Below, piece after piece: positions 37,301 through 51,010 of a stretch of 64,000 bases of DNA; position 1 is the first letter of the stretch; every line of letters starts with the position of its first letter. The stretch is from Felis catus (lineage: Eukaryota). The notes below the pieces were generated by a model. The model ran no database searches and was not told the origin of the DNA. It was given only the letters and a program-made list of their open reading frames with translations. The stretch spans positions 100,750,001-100,814,000 of the forward strand of contig NC_058377.1 of the NCBI RefSeq assembly GCF_018350175.1. Direction: 5' to 3'. A program made the position numbers and the translations under genes.

Positions 37301-39782
37301 ACCACTGGAGTCATTATTTTTTTGTTATTTAAAGGAATTCTGATGCAGCTGTAGTCCCCGTGCCCTATAGTAATCTAGGGGATGTTGTAATGTTATAAGA
37401 AAGGAAGAACTTCTAAGAGATATGCATGGCATGTCATTATGGCAATATGAGCTGTGTCCCACACATACGACACTTAATGTGACCTCTATCACGTAGCACC
37501 ACAAATTCTGGGAGGAAGCATATATGGTTTTAAACCATTGTTTCCCAATTTGGGATAATTTAAAAAATAAATTTCCTGATGATATTCCATAGAGATGAAC
37601 TATTAGTTGTGTTATATCATACATCACCTTGGTTTAATTTTTATATATTTTGTTATACCATAGAGATTAGTAATTGTTTTGGAGCTTAATGGGCCCATTC
37701 CCCAGGAGCTTAAATTACAGTACAAGTGTCTGCCTACTATATACATCTCATATCTTCAGCACCAGGGACAAAACGTAGGTCACTCAGGTTTGTTAGCAAG
37801 AACTAGGTTTTGGTTACTTGAAAATAGAAATGAATATATTTTGTCCATAAACAATTATTTTAAAGATATATTGAACTCAACTCTCTTCTAATTAGAGAAT
37901 GTTTTAACAGGACCCATATTTCTGTGCAGTTACTGTTTAGAGTGCTTTTGTGTTTTGGTATTCAGAAACAATTAATGGTGAATTTGGAACCGTTTTCTCT
38001 GTAACATAAAACATGGATGTGTGTAAAAGAATGCTAAATAAACAAATGGTATCTCTCTCTCTCTCGCTCTCTCTCTCTCCCTCTCGCTCTCTCTCTCATC
38101 TCTTACCACCCATTTTTCAGACCGATCTCTATCACAGCATCTAACATGTATGACCATTGAGAGCGTCCTTAGTTTTCATATTAATGCTGAGGTTTGCATT
38201 TCTGTTCCTGCCAGATGGTTATCGAGAGTCAGGACTTATGAACGCTCTGTGGTTAGAAAAAGAGATGAATTCTTTTGGATTTGTTTTGGTTTTGTTATGA
38301 AATGGTTTCTTATTATCAGCCTAGGAGATTATGAAGCAAAACATTTGCCAGGTTGAATATCCTCTTTGAGAAGTAGGCAAGTAGGTCAGGTATTTTGCTT
38401 TGTTTTGTTTTTGTTCTTGGTCAGGTAATGGAAAACTGTGACTTAAGGGAAGTGATATGTTTCCATGTCTTTAAGGTTCGCTCAAGAGACCGAGAAGATA
38501 CCAAGATATGCTTCCATTCCAGAACCTCTTCACTCAATTTTCATTACGCATAAGTGGAGAAGTCATGATTCTAGTCCTTGTGCTGTCTAGAAGTGGGAGC
38601 AGAGAATAGAATCCCTCAATTTTTATTTGCCTTTTCCTTTAAGAAGGGCCTCAGTGGTAGATCTCCCTTATATAGAGCATACAATGTAATCATTTTTGCA
38701 ACCAACTACTTAAACAATCTCTATCATGTGTATTCATATCTCTATGGGTGCATCTTCATTTGCGTCTATATGTATATGCTGAGTGTACTATTCAGTATCC
38801 TTTTTATTTAAAAAAAACACCTCATAAAAGGGATTTTACATAGTATGATAATTTTCTGTCCTAGATATGACGCCCCAAAGTTTAACACTTGCTCCACTTC
38901 TGAAAATATTTTTTATGGTAAATATTATAAACAGTAATGCAATACAGTTTTGGACATGATTTTTCACAACTTTATCAATGTAACTAAATATCTTTTAATA
39001 GCTTATGAGGAATAAAATCTATCAAAAAAATATCAGATAGCTTTTATTGTTGTCAGGGTCAAGACTTGGATATATACCCCTTCATTACTTTCCAGAAAAA
39101 GGTATTCAAGAGATCTATCTCTCTGAATCTTTATTAGCATAGATCGTTATTATCATAATTAATTAAGCTAGTAAATCAATTAACCACATAGTGGATTTGA
39201 TAGGCACAATTCTCACTTTCAATGTATATTTTAAATCTCTTGTTTCATAATTCAGATTTTAACGAGTTTTTGTGAGCCACAAACATCAAAAATTCTATCA
39301 CACTTTTCCATAATAGAATATGAGAAAACTTTGTTTCAAATTTATGTTCCTGATAGAGTCACGTAAAAATAAAAAACAAAAGAGTGTTTAGAGAATCAGA
39401 GTAGGTGTTACTCTCCTGGACAGAGCTTATTAAGTTTCTTCAGAGAACACATGTTAGTGTCTGTATGGCTTTGAAATATATCATTGAATCTATCTTAAAT
39501 TCCACCCAGAAACTGAACTTAATCATAGATAAAGTGATAGATAAGGGTTGGAATCATTCAAGGTTTCTGCTGATGCCTAAGTCAACTTTGGTCAGTGGGA
39601 TCCACTGAGACTTTTAAACTTTTGAATTACTTGACCACTGTGTTTCTGTTGTATCTTATAGATACATTGTTTGATATCAATGTTATATTTTTCTGAAATT
39701 AATGTTAGCCTGTTTTTTCCTCCCTTTTTAGAAGAAAGACAATATTTATCATTTGTTTCCCTAAGTCTGACACCTGGCAGGA

Positions 39783-40733
39783 ATGGGCACGGGAAACTGC
39801 TCCAGTGTGACCGAGTTCATTCTCCTCGGATTCGCAGAAGCCCCCGAGTTGAGAGTCGCCCTCTTCTCTGTGTTCCTTCTCAGCTATGGAGTCACGGTGC
39901 TGGGCAACCTGGGCATGATGGCAGTGATTCAGGTCAGCTGTCACCTTCACACTCCCATGTACTTTTTCCTCAGCCACTTGTCCTTTGTGGACTTTTGCTA
40001 CTCCACCGTCATCGTGCCAAATGTGCTGTCCAGTATCTTAAACAAGGGCAAAGCCATCTCCTTCCTGGGATGCATGGTGCAATTCTATTTCTTTTGTGCC
40101 TATGCAATCACTGAGGTCTTCCTTTTGGCTGTGATGGCCTATGACCGCTTCGTGGCCATCTGCAACCCACTGTTGTACATGGTCACCATGTCCCAGAATC
40201 TCTGTTTGGAGCTGGTGTCTTGTTGCTACCTGTGTGGGATGGTGTGTTCTCTGATCCACTTGTGTTTAGCTCTTGAGATCACATCCTACAGATCAAATGT
40301 GATTGACCACTTCTTCTGCGATCTGCCCCCTCTCTTGTCCCTTGCTTGCTCTGATGTCACTATGAATGAACTGCTGCTGTACATCGTGGCCACCTTCAAT
40401 GAGATCACCACCATCGTGATCATCCTCACCTCCTACTTGCTAATTCTCATCACCATCCTGAGGATGCACTCTGCCGAGGGAAGGCACAAAGCCTTTTCCA
40501 CCTGTGCCTCCCACCTCACAGCCATCCTTGTCTTCCACGGAACAATCCTTTTCACTTACTGCCGGCCCAGTTCTGGCAACAGTGTGGATACTGACAAGGT
40601 GGCCACAGTGTTCTACACTGTAGTGATTCCCATGCTCAACCCCCTCATCTATAGCCTCCGGAACAAGGATGTGAAGGAAGCACTCAAGAAAGTGTTGGGA
40701 TCTAGATTACCTTTTGAAAAACTATTTTCTTAA
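39783..40733 (+). CDS. Olfactory receptor, OR5L-like (G4), 316 aa
   Basis: Intact ORF with canonical [10 protein letters not shown]; C-terminus [15 protein letters not shown]. Confidence 0.93.
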   Translation: MGTGNCSSVTEFILLGFAEAPELRVALFSVFLLSYGVTVLGNLGMMAVIQVSCHLHTPMYFFLSHLSFVDFCYSTVIVPNVLSSILNKGKAISFLGCMVQFYFFCAYAITEVFLLAVMAYDRFVAICNPLLYMVTMSQNLCLELVSCCYLCGMVCSLIHLCLALEITSYRSNVIDHFFCDLPPLLSLACSDVTMNELLLYIVATFNEITTIVIILTSYLLILITILRMHSAEGRHKAFSTCASHLTAILVFHGTILFTYCRPSSGNSVDTDKVATVFYTVVIPMLNPLIYSLRNKDVKEALKKVLGSRLPFEKLFS

Positions 40734-41216
40734 CTAGATTCAGAGTCTAGTCTCTCATCTGAGACTTTAATGACGGGCTGGATTTGGGTGGGTGTGAATG
40801 GAAAAGTAAAGTAAGGAAATAAAACTTGGGGACTCTGCATGCTGTTTTGTTTTCCACTTGGTTATCTAATTAAGCCATATAATATCTTTCATGGATAATT
40901 TAAATACACCTTTTATGGGACCATATCTGTGTTATTCTTATACCAGTAGTGTAGCTTTGCAATTAATTGTTATGCAAAAAAATTTTCCAAATGGTTCAAC
41001 ATGATAAAACTTTAGAATAACTACATGTAAATTTTTCTAAAGGAGAATACTTGAGATATTTTCCATTTGCTGGTAATTTCACCATGCTGCTCCTGATCTT
41101 GAAAATGTCAAAAAATAAAAATAAAAAAAGAAAAAGAAAAGAAAGCAAAAGAAAAGAAGAGAACATAAAAGATCAAGATTTCTGTTATAATAAACCTGAT
41201 AAAGACAGGAAGTTCC

Positions 41217-41444
41217 GGGGTGCCTGGGTGGCTCGCTTGGTTGAGTGTCCGACTTCAGCTCAGGTCATGATCTCACAGTTTGTGAGTTCGAACTCCACGT
41301 CAGGCTCTGTGTTGACAGCTCAGAGCCTGGAGTCTGCTTGAGATTCTGTGTTTCCTCCTCTCTCTGCCCGTCCCATGCTCATGCTTGTCTCTCTCTGTCT
41401 CTCAATAATAAATAAACGTTAAGGAAAAAAAAAATTTAAAAAAA
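41217..41444 (+). mobile_element. CAN-SINE, unit 2-specific
   Basis: TSD aggaagttc; empty site near 5125. Confidence 0.88.
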
Positions 41445-42339
41445 GGAAGTTCAGAGGAGTGGACATTTTTTTTTTGGTTTGTTTGTATTTTGTTTTAATG
41501 TGACTGCAGTTTCAAGAACCACTTTTAAAACATCCTTATCATTCTTTGTGAACTATCTCCTCTCTGCACTGAAATTTCTCATAGTTCTGGTAGTTTGGTT
41601 CTATTCCCAGTTCCTCTGGAAAGTCATATTTATTGTTCAATGAAGATTCATGGTGCACTGACTTTATGCTACTCATTCATCTAGGAACTTGGGATATATT
41701 AGTGAAAAAAGCAATGAATGATCTTCGCTTTCCTGGAACTTTTATTTTAGCAGGCAATATACAATTAAAGAAATTAATTATTATTAAAAATACATTTAAG
41801 CCATGTGAAGTATTTTAATCACTCATTGGGTAGTAGAGTAACTCCTAATGTAAAACAGTATGTTCATAGAAGATTTCACTGAAAAGCTGCATTTGAACAA
41901 AAACTTAAGGGAAAGCATTTCAGTGTGCAGGAAACATGAGGAGAAAAGACCATAAAGAAAGAGACAGTAATATTTTTTGGAAAACAAAAAACAATACACA
42001 AAATCAAAGAGGTCAGACTAGATTGAAGAAGCAGAGGTGGTTAAGAGTAATAGAATAGGACAAGGTTTCAAAGGGACTATTTTCCCAACTCGATATTTAA
42101 CTTTTTAAATATTTCTGCTTTAACTCTCAGTGAATCATGATGACCTAAAGGAAGGATATTCACCCTTCTCCAACAGGGTCAGAGTGGATGGCAGGGAGGA
42201 AGACACTTATGCCTGCTATATGGTAGCCACTCAATATTTGATAAAGATGGTTTTTATAATTCCATAACTTTTGTAATGGTTGTAGGTATATATGGGACTA
42301 ATCAGGGGTTGGAGAAGTGATTTTAAAATATAACATTTT

Positions 42340-42548
42340 GGGGGCACCTGGATGGCTCAGTTGTTTAAGTGTCTGACTCTTGGTTTTGGCTCAGGTCATG
42401 ATCTCATGGTTCATGAGTTCAAACCCCACATTGGGCTCTATGCTGACAGTGTGGAGCCTGCTTGGTATTCTCTCTCTCTCCCTGTCTCTCTGCCCCTTCT
42501 ACACTCTCTCTCTCTCCTTTTCTTCCAGACTAAATTAATAAACAAAAA
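42340..42548 (+). mobile_element. CAN-SINE shared with 6249
   Basis: Same flanks and near-identical body. Confidence 0.88.
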
Positions 42549-44307
42549 TATATTTATATAATTTTTTGTATAAAATTTTCCTAATGCTGCTCCAGAGTTT
42601 CAAGCATTATGTCAGAGAAAAATGATTAATTTTAATTGTTTATTTCATGACCTCAAGAGAATGGGGCAAGACATAATCTCTAGGGCTCATGTCCCAAAGG
42701 TTGCACTATAGATATACGAATATACCATCAGTCCCAACCAAGAGTGGCCTTACTTTTGCCATCAGCAGGTTTGTTTTCAGATTCTAGAGACCGGTTGATA
42801 TTAATTTCAATGTAGGGATCTGGGAAGCAGCACGGTAGGGAAACTTACCCTTAGTTCTAGACAGTTCTTGAGAATTATTTAGTCATTACAAAAGTAACAT
42901 ATCTGAACCAGCAAGGAAGAGAAAGTACATTTATGCTACAAGGTTTTGTCTTAGAGGGCCTGGCTCAGATGAACAAGGGGTACCCTGGGTGGGAGGATAG
43001 AAGAGGTCTGAGAACTTCAGGAATGTGCATTGTTCTGTTTCTGTAAGTTACAGAAGATATAGTCAAGGTAGGATAGAGAAGATTTAAATAAAATGAAACT
43101 AGCAGAGATTGAATAGACTCTCTAGTGAAAAAAAATTAAAAGGGGCCAGCTTTAATTAAGACGATAAAGCAGAAAAAAATTAGAGAAAAATTAGAACAAA
43201 ATAGGGAAACAAAGGCAAGAAGATTTCAGCTGTTATATTTCTTGGACTCAATGGTAGAGAAAGATTTTACCAACAATGTAATAATAGTATTTGGGATGCA
43301 AGAATCATCATGTTGAATATCACATTCATTTAAAATGAAACCTGAAAAGCCTTAGTAAGTTAAATATTATATTAAGCAAGAAGTGTGATAATGAGAACAT
43401 CTAGCTTCATGATGGATGTCTTTTGAGGTTGTCTTTAATACTCAGACGTATGACTGACTATAGGGACAGAGAGGTCCATTAAGCTCTCAGTCTTGAATAT
43501 GATCTGATATCTTTATTGATGGGCCATCTGAAACTATTTCTTGGGTTGTGGGTCCAGAGATACCCTTAACAGAGAGATGATTAACAGTTTTCTGGTGTCT
43601 AGACCTAGAACATGGGTCAGAGTCTGGTGTGTAGGAATAGACACATGGCTGGAACTCCAATCAGGGCACTAGTCACAGATACGTAGATTAGTCCCTACTT
43701 GCATATCATTGGGAAAGTCAAGGTTTCTTTTATCACCCCTAGAATAAGGAAGTGGACATGATTATCTTTATCACCTATTCTAATTATTTATCAAGCGATG
43801 AGGAAAGATTGAGAATTAAGAGCCCATTTGTTGAGAAGAATATCCTGAAAAACAAGTTAAGGTTTATTTGATATCAGATTTACTGAGTCAGAAAGAAAAA
43901 GATTAAAGTACTTTGTGAAATGTAACATAAAGTGTTATGGGTGTTTTTTCTTAATGTCATAGTGTAAACATATGTTGTAGACATTAATTTGTTTGGAAAT
44001 TCCTCATTTTTGTACTGATTATAAGGCTGGCATAATCAGTCATTATATTATCCTAGGTGTATCTTTTATGAACTTCTAATGTTCAAGGGAAACTGAAAAC
44101 TTTATGGGAAGTTTGATTTAAAATAACCATAAATCCCTTTATCTCATATACTACTTATAAATATTAAAATTTACAGTTGAGTACTTAAACAATCTTTAAA
44201 GGTTTTATCTATCAACCTATTTATTTATTTATTTGTTTGTTTGTTTGTTTATTTATTTACATAATCTCTACACCCAATGTGGGTCTTGAACTTAAAACGC
44301 CGAGATT

Positions 44308-44520
44308 GGGGCGCCTGGGTGGCGCAGTAGGTTAAGCGTCCGACTTCAGCCAGGTCACGATCTCGCGGTCCGTGAGTTCGAGCCCCGCGTCGGGCTCTGG
44401 GCTGATGCTCAGAGCCTGGAGCCTGTTTCTGATTCTGTGTCTCCCTCTCTCTCTGCCCCTCCCCCATTCATGCTTTGTCTCTCTCTGTCCCAAAAATAAA
44501 CGTTGAAAAAAAAATTTTTA
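44308..44520 (+). mobile_element. Young SINEC_Fc nested in an older SINE
   Basis: TSD aaaacgccgagat. Confidence 0.92.
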
Positions 44521-44821
44521 AAAACGCCGAGATCAAGAGCCGCATGCTCTAGTCAGCCAGGCACCCCAAAGACTTAAAATTTTTTAATTCAATAATTATA
44601 TTGATTTTTAACTTAAAGAGCATTTGAAAACTGTTTTGCATATTTTCAAATATTAGCTAGTTAGCATATCTTGCTAACAAACACATAAAGAAATTATGAA
44701 AAGACATTTTGCTTCATCTTCCAGTGGTGTAAGGGGCAGATAGGCAAGCTTCTTAGTTGTTCACTCTCTTTAATATTTTTATTTTCAGGACCAGTTCAGA
44801 TTCTGACAAGCAGAAACCATC

Positions 44822-45763
44822 ATGTTACCATCAGATAGAAATAAAACTGGGGCTGTGTTCACTCTCTTGGGCTTCTCAGATTACCCAGAACTGCAAGTCC
44901 CTCTCTTCTTGATTTTTTTGGCCATCTACAGTGTCACTGTTGTAGGAAATATTGGGATGATAGTTATAATCAAGATTAACTTCAAACTGCACACCCCCAT
45001 GTACTTTTTCCTCAGCCACCTCTCATTTGTGGATTTCTGCTATTCCTCCATCATTGTTCCCAAGACCCTGGCAAACCTAGTTGTAGAAGACAGGACCATT
45101 TCACTTTCAGGATGTGTAGTCCAATTCTTTTTCTTTTGCACCTTTGTGGTAGCTGAATCCTTTTTATTGGCTGTGATGGCCTATGACCGTTTTGTGGCCA
45201 TCTGCAACCCTCTGCTCTACACAGTGGCCATGTCCCAGAAACTCTGTGCCATGCTGGTGGTCGGATCATACGCATGGGGAGTAGCATGTTCCCTGATACT
45301 CACATGTTCTGCTATCAGGTTATCTTTCCAGGGTTTCAACACAATCAATCACTTCTTCTGTGAGTTCTCTGCATTGCTGTCCCTGTCTTGCTCTGATATT
45401 TACATCAATCAGTTGCTGCTTTTCATTTTTGCCACCTTTAATGAGGTCAGCACACTGCTCATCATTCTCATGTCTTATGTGTTTATCATTGTCACCATCC
45501 TCAAGATGCGTTCAGCCAGTGGTCGTCGCAAAGCCTTCTCCACCTGTGCCTCCCACTTGACAGCCATCACCATCTTCCACGGAACCATCCTCTTCCTCTA
45601 CTGTGTTCCTAACTCCAAAAACTCCAGGCATACAGTCAAAGTGGCGTCTGTGTTTTACACAGTGGTGATCCCTATGCTGAATCCCTTGATCTACAGTCTG
45701 AGAAATAAGGATGTCAAGGATACAGTCAGCAAGATAATGGATACTAAAATATTTTTTTCTTAA
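44822..45763 (+). CDS. OR5D18: Olfactory receptor, OR5D18-like (copy 2), 313 aa
   Basis: Intact ORF, close paralog of 9147-10082; keeps TFNE, IFHGT and the DTK C-terminus like human OR5D18. Confidence 0.93.
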   Translation: MLPSDRNKTGAVFTLLGFSDYPELQVPLFLIFLAIYSVTVVGNIGMIVIIKINFKLHTPMYFFLSHLSFVDFCYSSIIVPKTLANLVVEDRTISLSGCVVQFFFFCTFVVAESFLLAVMAYDRFVAICNPLLYTVAMSQKLCAMLVVGSYAWGVACSLILTCSAIRLSFQGFNTINHFFCEFSALLSLSCSDIYINQLLLFIFATFNEVSTLLIILMSYVFIIVTILKMRSASGRRKAFSTCASHLTAITIFHGTILFLYCVPNSKNSRHTVKVASVFYTVVIPMLNPLIYSLRNKDVKDTVSKIMDTKIFFS

Positions 45764-46500
45764 GCATATTATTTGATTAGAGTTTGGCCCTGAAATATAA
45801 ATTGTGTACCCATAAAGGTTGATTATAAAGATACATTTAAAAATAATGAAGAGTCGATGTACAATGAAAAGAATGCACATTTTTATTCAAAGAGACTGAC
45901 CTTGATGCTCTCTCTTGCTTACTGGAAAAAAAGTCAGCAATCCCCCCTCATCTTTGGTTTTTAATCCACAAAAATGAGGTAACATAAGTTAGCTCCTAAT
46001 CTGATTGTGAGGTCTAAAAGGTAATATAAATATTATGTGGATACTTTGTGTAATATCAATAAACATTAATTTAATTTCCCTTTCTTGTAACATACCTGGA
46101 GTAGACTAGGCTCTCAATAAACATATGAATTTATCTCCTAAAAGTAAAAGTAGCAGTTAAAATGGGACATAGCATTCCTTTCTGCCAATGTAAAAGCCAG
46201 TGTTAACAGTAGGGCAGTGAAGAAAGTGGCCTTTGTATAAAGTGGGAATGAAAAGTACCACCAAGTGTTTGAAAGAAAAGTTCAAGTCCCTAGGGGACTC
46301 TAAATAACCCCTCAAAAAAACTAGGTGTTGTTTGAACTTGACTTTGGATAACAAGATGAACAGAGTTTCAGGACACAACATATGAGTTTTATTCAGAAGA
46401 GCAAAGCATTGCAAAATCAGGGAGGTCAGAATGCAATACTGAGTCACTTATCAAACAAACATTTTATTGAATGATTACTATATAACATGTGTGTGTGTGC

Positions 46501-46536
<36 letters not shown>

Positions 46537-46867
46537 ACGTGTGTGTGAATGTGTGTGTTGCATTGTGTGTATAGGTTACTGGGCATGAGTGGAAAGTTGA
46601 TAAGAATGTGTTTTCAAAGAAGCTCCATTGTGGCAGTTTGATAAGCTATCATAGGCTCCACCAAAGGCTTAAAGATGTTAGATTGGATTTCACAAACTCT
46701 CTTTATTTATTTATTTATTTATTTTAGAGGAAAGAGAGAGTGAAGGGCAGAGGGAGAGAGCAAGAGAGAGAGAGAATCTTAAGCAGGTTCTATGCTTAGC
46801 ACAGAGCCTGATGTAGGGCCAAGTCCCACAATCTTGGAATCAAGACCTTAGTCAAAATCAAGAGTTG

Positions 46868-47090
46868 GGGGGGCGCCTAGGTGGCGCAGTCGGTTAAGCG
46901 TCCCACTTCAGCCAGGTCATGATCTCGCGGTCCGTGAGTTCGAGCCCCGCGTCGGGCTCTGGGCTGATGGCTCAGAGCCTGGAGCCTGTTTCCGATTCTG
47001 TGTCTCCCTCTCTCTCTGCCTCTCGCCCGTTCATGCTTTGTCTCTCTCTGTCCCAAAAATAATTAAACGTTGAAAAAAAAATTAAAAAAA
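46868..47090 (+). mobile_element. Young SINEC_Fc nested in an older SINE
   Basis: TSD aaaatcaagagttgg. Confidence 0.92.
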
Positions 47091-49008
47091 AAATCAAGAG
47101 TTGGATGCTCAACTGACAATCCACTCAGGAGCCCCTGGATTTCAGAATATCTTATATGCAAAAAATAAGCATAATGAGTTCCTGCCCATCCTATGTTTCA
47201 TACTATTATTCTGCCTATGAAGATGTCAAAAACATTATCAAAACTTTATTAATTATTTTCCTAAACATGAGCATAATCTTTGAATCCTTCTGAACTAAAC
47301 TACTACCTTAAAAAAAAGTTCTCAAAACGAATTGTTTATATACTTTAGTCAAAATACAATAAAAATAAAAATACTAATTAGCATCAAGGCCTACTTAATC
47401 TGGAAAATTTAAAATACCAGATTTCTATAATATTAATAACACAGTTTACTTAAACACCTTGTACGTGCTTCTTTTTCTCTCTACTCAATATAGATAGTTA
47501 AAATTTCAAACAAATTATTACTATATTGAAAAACATAAATTTCCTGGTATTCTGGTAAGGGAGAACAATTTTATATGGGCTCGATAAAGTTACTTGAAAT
47601 GTGCATATTATTTTGAACTTATGATCATTATTAAAATGTTCTATTTATATACATCATAAAATAAGGAATCACTTAAATAACCATTTTCATGGAAAGATAC
47701 AATCTAAGAAACAGTGTTTTAGAAATGGATGTCTGAGGAGGGAATACATTTCTCTTCTATTGACTTCGGTTTCTCTGCATATCCACAAATTTATCTTTCA
47801 CTTTCCTTTGGTCCTTTTTTTTTTTTCAAGACACTGAATACTTTTTAGTGAGCCTTTTAGTTTACAACATGAGGTAAAAGGATACTCAGTCTCTTTAGCC
47901 AATATTTTACACAGCTGTAGGAAAATATTTCAAACTTTAGGGAATTATAATGGATTACATATATTACAGGTTGGGGAGCAGGTAAACAATCTCTGTGTTC
48001 TTGAATTTTCCAGTTCAGTCTTCCCTCCCAATAGTACCCAGCTCTAATTAGTTACATACATTTCTTCAAGGCCATGTTTCATTGTTGCTGATGTCTTCAG
48101 ACCTGAAACCTCGCTATTTCAGTCAATGTCTGCGAATTCCGCTTCAAAAATGCGTTTTGCACTGGGTGGAATTTTGGCACCTTTCTTTCCATAAGCCCAT
48201 TCTGGATCAATCTCTAGTTAAGCCTTTTCTCCTTTACTCACTTATACACTTATACAACAAATTAACTCATTATTCATAAATGAATACAATTTTCCTACAC
48301 TTATACAATCCTAATTTTCCTCAAAATTTAGGAAATTATTTATGTGACTCTTACATTGAATCAAAGATGAGTAATTTCTCTTTAGAGAGACTCTCATTGT
48401 ACTTGTGTCTTGCTTGGACAAGGGATGATCATTTGGGGGTAAAAGTAACACCAACCATTTAGCTCTTACTCTGAGGAAACCAAAGCCTGTAACACGTAAG
48501 TGACCCGGCCAAGGTTGTAAAAGCAATTGTTGACAGAAATGAAAGCAATTGGTTAAGACTCCAGACATATCTTCTACTAAACTCTAGCAGACAATCTTGT
48601 GTTTTCTTTCATTTCAAGTTGCCACATTTCAAATTCATTATGACAGATTCTGTTGCTTCTATATAGAACATGACATATTAGCCTCCAAATTTTTTGGTTG
48701 TGTGCTTCTCAGTTTTGGAAAGAATTTAAGTCTGCATACAAAATATTTCATCATAAATTTAAATAGCACAAAAAGCGTGATTTCTGTTGTGTGGCATAAT
48801 TCATTTAAATTACATAAATAAGAACATCTGAAAGCAGATTTGTGTCACTCTTCTTCCTCAACTCATGTTCAATGTTACCCCAATCCATTGAATATTATTT
48901 TATAAATGACATTCATACTTTTAATCTCTTGAATTAATATTGCTCTTGGCAATATTGAAAGTTCTTTTTCATAGATTAAGTTAACCTTGTAATAATACAA
49001 TAATAATT

Positions 49009-49229
49009 GGGGGCGCCTGGGTGGCTCAGTCGGTTAAGCGTCCGACTTCGGCTCAGGTCATGATCTCACGGTCCGTGAGTTCGAGCCCCGCGTCAGGCTC
49101 TGTGCTGACAGCTCAGAGCCTGGAGCCTGTTTCAGATTCTGTGTCTCCCTTTCTCTCTGCCCCTCCCCTGTTCATGCTCTGTCTCTCTCTGTCTCAAAAA
49201 TAAATGTTAAAAAAAAAATTAAAAAAAAA
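49009..49229 (+). mobile_element. SINEC_Fc
   Basis: TSD aataataattg. Confidence 0.9.
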
Positions 49230-49714
49230 TAATAATAATTGCATCACTAATCAAAAACATAATTGCATTTGCAAATTTTGATAAAATACAATTACCCAAA
49301 ATTGAAAAAAAAATGTGTTTGCAAATATTTATTTTCATGAGAAGTATCATGAGTATATATTTGGATTTTTTATTTCAGTTAATTAAATGTATCCATGGAA
49401 AGATACCACTTAATGCTAGAAAGCAAGAGGGTTGAGCATCATCTCTATTTCTACTTCTTAAAAAGAAAATACTGAGACTTTTTGGTCATGTTAAGAGTAA
49501 ATGAGACTAGAAACTGTGTCAGAAATTGTGCTGTATTAGTAAGGTCACTCAAATCTTTCAACTCACCCAAGTTATGTGCCAGTTCCTCACAATGACTTTT
49601 TATCAGAAATTTAAAAAATAACGCATTAAACAAAATTTATACCAAGTTTCTCCGATTTTGTTGAAGGGCAAAATTTTGGAAATTAATTCTCTCAACAGGG
49701 TTTGTTTACCCAGT

Positions 49715-50212
49715 CTGGTAGATTGCAAACATAGCCAAAATTCTCCAGTCCTCTGGTGTCTATGCCACCGTGCAGCTCTTCTGATTACATGGTGGAGTCA
49801 GTTTCCCCACTCCTGGAGGGTAGTCTGCTTTTCTGAGTAGCTTTGGCTAATGGAGAGTAGTTGCAATGACGTTGTTCAAGTTTTAAGCTTCTGAGAGGCA
49901 ACATGGCTTTTTCATAACCTTGGGGATTTTCACAATCTCTCAGGAAAGTTGCCGTGTTAACAGGCACAACCTGTCACCCTTACCTCCAGCATATGATCTG
50001 ACATCTAGCCAAGTGCCCTAGGTGGGTGTAAAGTCCTCTTAGATCACCTAAACTGCCAAGCTCATATCATATACATAAGCAAACCAAGCCAAGATCAATC
50101 ATGTCATGATCAGATCTGCAGTACTATCTTACAGACTTACGCAACAGTGACCTATTCAATTAACAGTTGTTGTTTTCAACTAATATGTTTGGAAGTGGTT
50201 TCTCATACAAAT
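49715..50212 (+). mobile_element. Old MLT1-type LTR relic
   Basis: tggtagattgcaaacatagcca start and tatgtttggaagtggttt near the end. Confidence 0.5.
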
Positions 50213-50231
50213 GTTGGAATCACTCACTTTC

Positions 50232-50420
50232 TCTTTTGTTTGTTTGTTTATTTGTTTATATTGAGAGACACAGAGGGAGCGCGAGCAGGGAAGGGGCAGA
50301 GAGAGGGAGAGAGAGACTCGCAGGCAGGCTCCCTGCTCAGAGCAGTGCAGGATGCGGGGCTCAATCTCACAATGGTAAGATAATGACCTGAGCCAAAACT
50401 GAGTCAAACGCTTACACTGA
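50232..50420 (-). mobile_element. CAN-SINE lacking its 5' head
   Basis: Ends at cgcttacactga without gccacccaggcgcccc. Confidence 0.8.
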
Positions 50421-51010
50421 ACAACAAAATTAAGAAAATCACTGTGTTAATTTATAGAAAAAAAATGTGAGCATGGAGTGTAAAAGCTAAACATCTAAAC
50501 ATATGGGTAAAAAATCAACACTTGTGGGTTAACAACTTTCAACAGACATGCTTCTCAACATTTCAGTGGAAAACAGGGAAGGACGTGGTGTATTTTAAAA
50601 CATTATTTTCTGAGATCTCACTAGATTCAGTACTCATTAAACACTCTGCCAGGAAAACGGGATTTGAGTTTCATAACACAATGTGGCTAATTATGTTTGA
50701 GGTCTTTCTAATGATTCAGTGCTAAGCTGTAAATTGTGTAGGACTCGCTTAAGGAATCATATACACCGTGATGGATGTGGATGTTTCTGTGTGATCTGTG
50801 AATCAACGTGTGACCTTACGCATCTTTCCACAATGCCTGCACTTTTCCTAAACTTCACAAAAGCCGTGTCCTAATTCTTTGCGGAAGAAAAAAACTATCT
50901 TATGCATTGTCATGTCTTTTTTTTTTAAGAGACAGCCAAAAAATGAGTCTGGGATCACACAATGGAGGATAACTATGAATATTTTTCTCCAACCTCAATC
51001 AAATGGGAAC

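Larger units (their letters stand above)
22350..39782. repeat. Young tandem duplication of an ~8.7-kb unit (22350-31062 and 31063-39782)
   Basis: Paired ORFs at constant offsets of 8713 (24523/33236, 27458/36171), 8707 (28618/37325) and 8720 (29430/38150, 31063/39783). Confidence 0.95.
4891..40910. repeat. Older tandem segmental duplication, unit 1
   Basis: 4891-22350 aligns to 40911-51011 (e.g. ORFs 6261/42352, 9147/44822, 18368/48082, 21820/50522); 40733-40910 aligns to 51961-52127. Confidence 0.88.
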
